64,000 nucleotides of DNA, taken from NCBI GenBank assembly GCA_022009775.1, contig CP091723.1, positions 69,345 through 133,344 on the forward strand. Direction: 5' to 3'. Both the position numbers and the translations under genes were made by a program. The stretch is from Christensenella sp. (lineage in GTDB: Bacteria; Bacillota; Clostridia; Christensenellales; CAG-917). Positions 20,366 through 27,516 of this stretch are shown in pieces. The notes below the pieces were generated by a model that was not told the origin of the DNA, searched no databases, and was given only the letters and a program-made list of their open reading frames with translations. Numbering within the stretch: the stretch's first letter is position 1; each line of letters starts with the position of its first letter.

Positions 20366-21562
20366 TCAAAATTGTTCACTTTCGAGCATGAAAGCGTGCG
20401 CTATGCCGGGAATAGTTTCCTTTTGCAGCGGCGTATTTTTATTGAGAAGCGCACCCGTCGGCACGACAAGCACTCTTTTCAATTCTCCGCGTTGCATGCG
20501 CTTGAGAATATATCCGTTAAAAACGGTATTCACGCACCCTGCGCCCGATCCGCCCTGAAAGGTCTTTTGTTCGGGCGTGAAAAAACTTGCTCCGCAATCC
20601 ATATAATGATACGGAAGCGTGATTCCTTCCTTTTTCAGCAAGTATTCCAGCGTTTCTTTGCCGAATCTGCCCAAATCGCCCGTGAATATACCGTCGTAAT
20701 ACTCGGGATCTCGCCCAGTATCCTTTAAGTGCGTCAATATCGTGTCGCAGGCGGCGGGAGCCATTGCACCGCCCATGTTTCCTTCGTCGTCTATCCCCAA
20801 ATCCACGACTCTGCCCATAGTTCCGCCCGTAACTCGCACGAAATGCGAGTTTTCGTTCAGATAGTCGTTGTTGTACCGCCCAAAGTTTTCTTCGATTATA
20901 TTCGAGCGTTCCTTATCAATGATTTTTTTCTGCTTTTCAATAGATTTTTTGTATTTTTCAAGCATCTTATCGTCGATATTCATTCCTTCATCGATTGCGA
21001 TTACGTCTTCTTCGTACACTCTGGAATTCTTTTTGTTTGGCAATTCACTGCTCAAAATAGTGCATCCCGCCCCCGTAACCGTCCACTGTGCCGTCGGCAT
21101 ACGCTGATTGCCGAGTTCGAGCGGAAAACGATATTGCCGCTCTGCCGTCGCAAAATGACTGGACGTCGAACACGCCACGGTATCCGCAAAACCGCCCGCA
21201 ATCATCATAGAGCCTACAATCATACTCTCGCTGAACGTCGAACACGCATTGTAAAGCCCCAAAAACGCACACGGAAAATTGCGCGCGGCGAGACTTGTTG
21301 CGGACAACTCGTTGAGCAAATCGCCGCCGACAAGCGCGTTGACGTCTTCTCTTTTCAGTCCCGCTTTGCAGATTGCGCCGCTTATTGCGTCTCTTTGCAT
21401 CTTGCTTTCGCACTTCTCAAATGACTTTTCGCACCATAAATCGTTTTTAAGGACTATATCGAAGCACCCCGAAAAATTGCCGTCGTCTTCTTTCGGTCCT
21501 ACGATTGTAAATCCGCTCTTGATATATACGTTTTTGTCGAATTTTATCGTTCTCATATTCAA
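20366..21562 (-). CDS. spoVAD: stage V sporulation protein AD, with ~70-aa insertion
   Basis: Thiolase-like SpoVAD sequence (…NMGGAMAPAA…). A Lys/Glu-rich insert is encoded at about 20840-21046. Confidence 0.85.
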   Translation of the reverse strand: MNMRTIKFDKNVYIKSGFTIVGPKEDDGNFSGCFDIVLKNDLWCEKSFEKCESKMQRDAISGAICKAGLKREDVNALVGGDLLNELSATSLAARNFPCAFLGLYNACSTFSESMIVGSMMIAGGFADTVACSTSSHFATAERQYRFPLELGNQRMPTAQWTVTGAGCTILSSELPNKKNSRVYEEDVIAIDEGMNIDDKMLEKYKKSIEKQKKIIDKERSNIIEENFGRYNNDYLNENSHFVRVTGGTMGRVVDLGIDDEGNMGGAMAPAACDTILTHLKDTGRDPEYYDGIFTGDLGRFGKETLEYLLKKEGITLPYHYMDCGASFFTPEQKTFQGGSGAGCVNTVFNGYILKRMQRGELKRVLVVPTGALLNKNTPLQKETIPGIAHAFMLESEQF

Positions 21563-21603
21563 ATCTCACATAAAAATCTGCACGATAAATGCAATTTCGT
21601 TGT

Positions 21604-22048
21604 TCAAAGGCTTATAAAATATCCGACGAGCCCCACGAGAAAACTTGCAACCACACCGAACACGATAATCGGTCCTGCGATAACGAACATCTTTGCGCAT
21701 ACGCCGAAAAACACGCCTTCTCGATTGTATTCCATTGCCGGAGACACCACCGAGTTTGCAAATCCCGTTATCGGAATTATCGATCCGCCACCTGCAAATC
21801 TGCCGATTTTGTCGTACAATCCGAGCGCGGTGAGCAAACTGCCGAGAAAAATCATCGTGCAACTCTCGTATATAGCAACGGTTTTTTCGTCTATTCTTGG
21901 AATCACCGCTCTGTACATATCCCCGAATCCTTCGCCTATACAGCAAATTATGCCGCCCACAACAAACGCCCAAAACAGTGTCCGAAACATCGGTGACTTT
22001 GGCGAATTTTTTCTTGACGAATTGTTGATATTCTTTGCGATCTATCAT
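21604..22048 (-). pseudogene. spoVAC: stage V sporulation protein AC, frameshifted near N-terminus
   Basis: MIDRKEYQQFVKK... joins ...PKSPMFRTLFWAFVVGGIICCIGE if T6 at 22007-22012 is T5. Confidence 0.85.
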
Positions 22049-22363
22049 GTTTTTTCAATTTTCCTTTTTCATTGATTTTTGTTGTTTTGACGGCTTTTCA
22101 ATGCAAAATATGCGGTTTTTCGTTTTATATCAAGTGCTATAAAAGGTTTTTAGGCATATTTTACTCACTTTTTGCCACGACCGTTTTATTTTGGTTTTTC
22201 TCAACGACAGGATTGTCGACGGCATTTTCAACAACGTCTGCGATTTTGTCACGCACGCCTTCTTGGTTGTCGTTCCTTTTGAAATACACTTCTTTTTCGT
22301 TTTGATTTTTCACAAAAAGCCCGTCCATACGTCCCTATCATTGACAAACCTTCAAAAACTTAA

Positions 22364-22392
22364 ACAAAAAGCCGTGCATCCCTTGCACGGCA
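22364..22392 (-). terminator. intrinsic terminator after sigF
   Basis: 8-bp GC-rich stem GCCGTGCA/TGCACGGC plus a T-run on the minus strand. Confidence 0.6.
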
Positions 22393-22465
22393 CAACGAAG
22401 TTAAATAGATAATCGGTTACTGTCCGCAGTTAGTTGCAAATTCGATTATATTGCTTTTGTGTAGT

Positions 22466-23182
22466 TTACTCTTCAACTAGTTTTTCTTTGAGCTTTTGAA
22501 GAACTTTGCACTCGATGCGGCTCACCTGCACTTGTGATACTCCGAGCTCGGCTGCGATTTCGCTTTGAGTTTTGTCTCTGAAATAGCGAAGAATTATCAC
22601 TTTTTTCTCTCTTTCCGGCAAGTCTTCTATGAAATCTTTGAGCATGATTTTGTCAAGGTCTTCATCGGGCGAGCGATCTCCCACGATTTTATCTTCCAGC
22701 GTAACGTCGTCGTCTCCGACAGTTGACGACAATGACAAAAGATAGTGTCCCGTGTCCATTGCAAACACGACTTGCTCCGCTTCAACACCGAAATTTTGCG
22801 CTATTTCGTCCACAGTAGGCTCTTTTTCGCCGCTTTTCAGTTTCTCGTCGATGAACACGTTGATTTTTTGCGCCAGAGTTTTTGCCCAACGCGACACTTT
22901 GACCGCCCCGTCGTCACGCAAAAATCTTTTGATTTCTCCGCTTATCATAGGAACGGCGTAGGTGGAAAACCTGACTCCGTACGTTTCGTCGAAGTTTTGT
23001 ATCGCTTTTATAAATCCGATTGCTCCAAGTTGCATCAAATCGTCGTATTCACCCCGGCCCTTAAAACGTTTTACTACCGATTTGACAAGCGGAATGTTTT
23101 CTTTTACAAGTTCTTCTTTAGCACCGTCGTCCCCGCTTTGCGCTCGTTTTATCAGCGCAATCGTGGTGTCGTGGTCTAACAT
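22466..23182 (-). CDS. sigF: sporulation sigma factor SigF
   Basis: Sigma-70 regions 2-4. Overlaps the spoIIAB stop (ATGTTAG). Operon order spoIIAA-AB-sigF. Confidence 0.9.
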   Translation of the reverse strand: MLDHDTTIALIKRAQSGDDGAKEELVKENIPLVKSVVKRFKGRGEYDDLMQLGAIGFIKAIQNFDETYGVRFSTYAVPMISGEIKRFLRDDGAVKVSRWAKTLAQKINVFIDEKLKSGEKEPTVDEIAQNFGVEAEQVVFAMDTGHYLLSLSSTVGDDDVTLEDKIVGDRSPDEDLDKIMLKDFIEDLPEREKKVIILRYFRDKTQSEIAAELGVSQVQVSRIECKVLQKLKEKLVEE

Positions 23183-23606
23183 TTGCTCATCACCTTTTTC
23201 ATACGCACGACAGTGCCTTTACCCGGCGTAGATTCAACGTTCATCTCGTCCATAAACGTTTCGATTATGGTAAATCCCATTCCGCTTCGCTCGTCTTCGG
23301 GTGAAGTCGTAAAAACGGCTCGACGGCTTGTTTTACGTCTGCAATTCCTTTGCCGAAATCTCTGACGGCAATCTCGATCGAACGTTCTTTTTCGTCGACT
23401 TTACACTCTATTTCGACAATTCCGCTTCCGTCCTTGTACGCATGCACGACACAGTTCGTCACCGCTTCGCTGACGGCTGTTTTTATGTCGTTTATCTCTT
23501 CGAGCGTCGGCGATATTTCCACCGCAAACGACGCAACAACGTTTCTTGCAAACGCTTCGTTGTGGCTTTTTGCCGCCAATCTCATATCAAAACTGTTCAT
23601 ATTCAC
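23176..23606 (-). pseudogene. spoIIAB: anti-sigma F factor / serine kinase SpoIIAB, frameshifted
   Basis: HATPase N-box (EAVTNCVVHAY) lies in ORF 23265..23606. The conserved [16 protein letters not shown]...GKGTVV is in another frame and is restored if A5 at 23311-23315 is A6. Confidence 0.9.
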
Positions 23607-23609
23607 TCC

Positions 23610-23927
23610 TTATTCCACGACGGGTATTATGCGGTACACTCCGCTCGTTTGAAAAACTTTGTCCACTTGTCTGGGTACGTTGCAAAGAAGAAGTTCCGCA
23701 CCGAGTGCTTTAAGTTTTTTGTATCTGCCGAACACGAATCCAAGCCCCGTGCTGTCAACGAAAGTCACTCCCGACATATCGAGCGTAAGCGAACGTATAC
23801 GCGCGCTCGTATCGATAATTTTGTCTACGTCCGCACGAAGCGTTTTCACACTGCATTCGTCAATATCTCCCGTGATTTTAAGCACGATATTTCCGTCTCG
23901 TTGTAGGTTTTCTCTTTTCATATCCAT
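23610..23927 (-). CDS. spoIIAA: anti-anti-sigma factor SpoIIAA (STAS)
   Basis: STAS domain with the phosphorylatable DSTGLG motif. First gene of the spoIIA operon. Confidence 0.85.
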   Translation of the reverse strand: MDMKRENLQRDGNIVLKITGDIDECSVKTLRADVDKIIDTSARIRSLTLDMSGVTFVDSTGLGFVFGRYKKLKALGAELLLCNVPRQVDKVFQTSGVYRIIPVVE

Positions 23928-23962
23928 AGGATAAATGCAATCCGAGCGTGCAAAACGGCGGA

Positions 23963-24003
23963 TTTTGACAAATGAAAGCATTTGCAAAACAATTTTGTCA
24001 AAA
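23963..24003. promoter_or_regulatory. 9-bp perfect inverted repeat TTTTGACAA / TTGTCAAAA upstream of spoIIAA (0A-box-like half sites)
   Basis: 23963-23971 and 23995-24003. TGTCAAA resembles the Spo0A box TGTCGAA. Confidence 0.3.
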
Positions 24004-24030
24004 ATTTATAAAATTATCTTCAAAAAACCG

Positions 24031-24059
24031 TTGACATCGTCGAAGATTTATTGTATATT
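24031..24059 (+). promoter_or_regulatory. sigma-A-type promoter of tRNA operon
   Basis: TTGACA (24031-24036), 17-nt spacer, TATATT (24054-24059). Lies about 35 nt before tRNA-Pro. Confidence 0.6.
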
Positions 24060-24093
24060 GTGAAAGTCGCAAATGAACGACGCGAAAATCTTT

Positions 24094-24171
24094 CGGGGTG
24101 TAGCGCAGTTTGGCTAGCGCGTCTGATTTGGGTTCAGAAGGTCGGGAGTTCGAATCTCTTCACCCCGACCA
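24094..24171 (+). tRNA. tRNA-Pro (UGG)
   Basis: Cloverleaf with acceptor CGGGGTG/CACCCCG, anticodon loop TTTGGGT and an encoded CCA. Confidence 0.9.
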
Positions 24172-24200
24172 ACCAAAGAAAACTTCACCGATATTGATTC

Positions 24201-24277
24201 GGGCCTTTAGCTCAGTTGGTTAGAGCAGTCGGCTCATAACCGATCGGTCCGCGGTTCGAGTCCGTGAAGGCCCACCA
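24201..24277 (+). tRNA. tRNA with CAU anticodon, Ile2 (lysidine)-like (may be annotated Met)
   Basis: Anticodon loop CTCATAA. The body is GGGCCTTTAGCTCAGTTGGTTAGAGC, typical of Ile-type tRNAs. Encoded CCA. Confidence 0.85.
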
Positions 24278-24287
24278 AAAATATTTT

Positions 24288-24364
24288 GGCCCGGTAGTAC
24301 AGTTGGTTAGTACGCCAGCCTGTCACGCTGGAGGTCAGGGGTTCGAGCCCCCTCCGGGTCGCCA
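24288..24364 (+). tRNA. tRNA-Asp (GUC)
   Basis: Anticodon stem CCAGC/GCTGG, loop CTGTCAC, encoded CCA. Confidence 0.9.
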
Positions 24365-24497
24365 TCGAGTATGTGGCAGTGACAACCGTCACTGCCATAT
24401 ATTTCAAAAAAGCGGACTTTATGTCCGCACCAATCAAAAATCACTTCGTCTTGCCTATAATGACGATATGATATACAGGGTTCTTCCCTTACAATAT

Positions 24498-24573
24498 GCC
24501 TCGGTAGCTCAGGTGGTAGAGCAAGGGACTGAAAATCCCTGTGTCGGTGGTTCGAGTCCGCCCCGAGGCACCA
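24498..24573 (+). tRNA. tRNA-Phe (GAA)
   Basis: Anticodon stem AGGGA/TCCCT, loop CTGAAAA, encoded CCA. Confidence 0.9.
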
Positions 24574-24585
24574 ACAACTGAATAC

Positions 24586-24661
24586 GCTGGTGTAGCTCAA
24601 TAGGCAGAGCAACTGATTTGTAATCAGTAGGTTGTTGGTTCGATTCCGATCACCAGCTCCA
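24586..24661 (+). tRNA. tRNA-Thr (UGU)
   Basis: Anticodon stem ACTGA/TCAGT, loop TTTGTAA, encoded CCA. Confidence 0.9.
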
Positions 24662-24663
24662 AT

Positions 24664-24748
<85 letters not shown>

Positions 24749-24750
24749 CG

Positions 24751-24782
24751 AAAATCCGTGCTGTTTGGCACGGATTTTCTTT
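24751..24782 (+). terminator. intrinsic (bidirectional-looking) terminator after tRNA operon
   Basis: AAAATCCGTGC / GCACGGATTTT stem with a 6-nt loop and a T-run. Confidence 0.75.
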
Positions 24783-24876
24783 ACAAGACAATCCTTTGCC
24801 TTTCAGCAGTATTTTCGTGGTTCTACCGCGCAGAAAATCTTTGCTATCAGTTCATACACGGACAAAAACTCCTGCC

Positions 24877-24945
24877 ACAATTCCGCAGATTGTCTGCTTG
24901 CTATCCAAGCGGAGACGCTCTTTTTCGTGTTCCAAGGGTGTGGAT
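24877..24945 (+). repeat. direct repeat copy 1 (69 nt)
   Basis: ACAATTCCGCAGATTGTCTGCTTGCTATCCAAGCGGAGA...TTCGTGTTCCAAGGGTGTGGAT. Near-identical to 25166-25235. Confidence 0.85.
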
Positions 24946-25165
24946 TAAGGCTGTTTTTTTGAGAAAACAGCCGCACGCTGCTTTGCGTGCCGAACCACCT
25001 TTTCGGTGCTGACTGCAAGCAAAGAAAGGTGCAAGCGCTTGCATTTGCAGATTTCGTGTGCAGCGGACATAGACGGCGGTGGCACGCACCGCGTGCAATT
25101 TTGCAAAGCAAACGATTGTGCAAACAATCAAACCGCCGTCGTAGACGATTGTCTTCTCTGCTCTG
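24946..25165. other. hairpin-dense non-coding spacer between the two direct repeats
   Basis: Stems: GGCTGTTTT/AAAACAGCC (24949-24972), GCACGC/GCGTGC (twice), CTGCAA/TTGCAG (25011-25050), GACGGCGGT/ACCGCCGTC (25073-25081 x 25133-25141), GATTGT-GCAA-ACAATC. Confidence 0.5.
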
Positions 25166-25235
25166 ACAATTCCGCAGATTGTCTGCTTGCTATCCAAGCG
25201 GAGATGTGCTTTTTTCGTGTTCCAAGGTTGTGGAT
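25166..25235 (+). repeat. direct repeat copy 2 (70 nt)
   Basis: Same sequence as 24877-24945 except for the central GAGACGCTC to GAGATGTGC segment. Confidence 0.85.
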
Positions 25236-25540
25236 ATTGAAAAAGAAACCTCGTTTTTGTATCAAGAAACTCTAGAAGCCTTGATACATCTTAATCGATG
25301 GGCAAGATTTTCTTTTTTTATGTCGTTAAGTTTCTATCTTTGGTCATTGTAACAGTTCTATGCGACATGCTTGATTTGCCGATTATTTGATAGTTTAAAT
25401 CTTGTTAAGCTACTTAAGAAAACGGCAACAATAGAAAAATATCCGCAATAGACGGATATTTTTGTCGTTTTACAAATATTTTAAGTTTTATATATAAGGT
25501 TTAATTTGCAATTTACTGCGTTAGATTGCCGATTATATGC

Positions 25541-26157
25541 TCATATTTCACTTTCGACTTGTTTTGTCGGGCGCTTCATAAAATAGTGATTCACTCCGTG
25601 AAAATCGACGGTTTCAAGCAATATAAAACCGAGTTTTTGATATATCGCAACGTTGGTTTCGTCGTGCGTTTCAAGACAAATCGGCATATCGCCGCAAATC
25701 TCGTCAAGCATGGCGCGCAACAGTCCGCGTCCCCTGCTCGCTTTTTGCAACACCGATGTTCTTGATATAACAATCGGTCTCGGGATTGTAGAATGGCTCG
25801 GACACTTGCTCGGCAAACGAAACGTATTCCATAGCGATCTTGGCTTCTTTGCGGCTGACCGCTTTGAAAAACGGTATGGCAAAAAACGGATTGACAAACA
25901 GCGACGCCAAACTTCTTTCCTTGCCCTTGTCGTCGGGGGCGAATGATCGAGCATATTGCCGTGAAATCTTCGTTGGCATAGGTGTATCTCTTACCAAGCG
26001 ACACTTCCACCTTGAAAAGATAGTAAATCTTCTTTTTCAAGTCCCCTTCCGTGCCCAAAAGCGTAGAATAAAGCGGATAGTCTTCAAACATTTCCGCAAA
26101 AACTGCACAAGCTCTGTTGATATCGTTGTTCTTGATAAGTTTCATTTGATTGCTCAT
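25541..26157 (-). pseudogene. GNAT-family N-acetyltransferase, two frameshifts
   Basis: Three overlapping ORFs (25591..26157, 25704..25997, 25541..25954) join into one GNAT-like protein (…RGRGLLRAMLDEI…YQKLGF…). One shift is at G5 25935-25939 and one is near 25750-25775. Confidence 0.65.
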
Positions 26158-26221
26158 GCGATGATGGTATCATACTATTATAAAAAAATCAATCTTTTGT
26201 TGAGCTCGACACATATAAACA

Positions 26222-26250
26222 TTGACATTTTGCGCATAGATTGCTAAAAT
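26222..26250 (+). promoter_or_regulatory. sigma-A-type promoter of recombinase gene
   Basis: TTGACA, 17 nt, TAAAAT. Confidence 0.55.
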
Positions 26251-26288
26251 ATTTTCGAAAAATATTTTATAAAGGAAAATTTTTCACT

Positions 26289-27374
26289 ATGGCAAACTAT
26301 TTCAACGAACGCGAAAAAATTATGACTAAACGTCTTTACGCAATGCGCGAGCAACTCCCCGCTTTCTGCGAGGACTTTTTTGTGGGTATCGAGCCACAAA
26401 CAAGCATACTGTCAAGGCTAAATTATGCCTACGACCTGAACATTTTCTTCGACTATTTACTCAAAAACGTACGTACGTTCAAAGACTACACCGACGTGCA
26501 CGAATTCGTTTGCGAAGACTTGAACAAGATCACGCTCGGCAATCTCGAAGCATATATGGAATACCTTTCTTATTTCGAGTTCGGCGGAAAAGAACACACC
26601 AACGGCGAAAAAGGCAAATCGAGAAAGATATCCACCGTTCGCACGTTTTTCAAGTACTATTTCAACCATGACCGCATACCGAGCAACGTTTCTGCAAAAC
26701 TTACCATGCCCAAACAGCACGATAAAGATATTATTCGTCTTGAAAAACGAGAAGTCGAACGCATACTCGACGTTGCCGAAACAGGCGAAGGAATGAGCGA
26801 CCGACAAAAGAAATTTCAACGCAACACACGCTCGCGCGATTTTGCGCTCGTATCGCTGTTGCTGGGAACGGGTATCCGTGTCAGCGAATGCGTGGGACTC
26901 AACGTGAACGACATAGATTTTGAAACGAATGCCTTCACCATCACACGAAAAGGCGGAAATCAAGCTATATTGTATTTCGGAGACGAAGTTGCAAGTGCTC
27001 TGAAAAATTATATCGATCACGAGCGCAAGAACCTTATCGAGCGCAACGAAAAAGTTAAAGGCGTTGAAAAAGACGCCGTTTTCCTTTCCTTGCAGGTTAA
27101 AAGACTTTCCGTGCGTGCGGTTGAAAACATAATCAAAAAATACGCACAAACCGCCGCTCCGCTCAAAAAGATTTCTCCGCACAAACTACGTAGCACGTTC
27201 GGCACGAATCTTTACAGAGCGACGGGCGACATATATCTCGTTGCGGACGTTTTGGGACACAGAGACGTAAACACCACCAAAAAGCACTACGCCGCAATCG
27301 AAGAAGACCACAGAAAACTCGCGGCGCAAGTCGTTAAACTTCGCCCCGGTAGAACTCCGAGCGACCAAGAATGA
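26289..27374 (+). CDS. tyrosine recombinase/integrase (XerC/XerD family)
   Basis: C-terminal catalytic motifs ...HKLRSTFGT...LGHRDVNTTKKHYAA. N-terminal SAM-like core-binding domain. Confidence 0.85.
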   Translation: MANYFNEREKIMTKRLYAMREQLPAFCEDFFVGIEPQTSILSRLNYAYDLNIFFDYLLKNVRTFKDYTDVHEFVCEDLNKITLGNLEAYMEYLSYFEFGGKEHTNGEKGKSRKISTVRTFFKYYFNHDRIPSNVSAKLTMPKQHDKDIIRLEKREVERILDVAETGEGMSDRQKKFQRNTRSRDFALVSLLLGTGIRVSECVGLNVNDIDFETNAFTITRKGGNQAILYFGDEVASALKNYIDHERKNLIERNEKVKGVEKDAVFLSLQVKRLSVRAVENIIKKYAQTAAPLKKISPHKLRSTFGTNLYRATGDIYLVADVLGHRDVNTTKKHYAAIEEDHRKLAAQVVKLRPGRTPSDQE

Positions 27375-27459
27375 GCAAACCGCAATCTTGCAAAATCCGC
27401 CAAATCGAAAAAATGCGGCAAATTCTTGCAATAATTTGCATATAAACTATTATCTAATA

Positions 27460-27488
27460 TTGACTATTTTATAATAGTTTGCTAAAAT
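27460..27488 (+). promoter_or_regulatory. sigma-A-type promoter of PadR-like gene
   Basis: TTGACT, 17 nt, TAAAAT. Confidence 0.5.
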
Positions 27489-27516
27489 TGATTATATCAA
27501 TTTGCGGAGACGATTT

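Noticed and set aside
22161-22328. 55-codon minus-strand ORF (MDGLFVKNQNEKEVYFKRNDNQEG...) between sigF and spoVAC.
   Set aside because: It has a weak SD (GGGA), no recognisable family and a hydrophilic low-complexity sequence. It could be a small spore protein, but the evidence is insufficient to call it.
24877-25235. CRISPR array.
   Set aside because: There are only two repeat copies, the repeats are 69-70 nt long (far longer than CRISPR repeats), the 220-nt spacer is itself palindromic, and there are no cas genes in the window.
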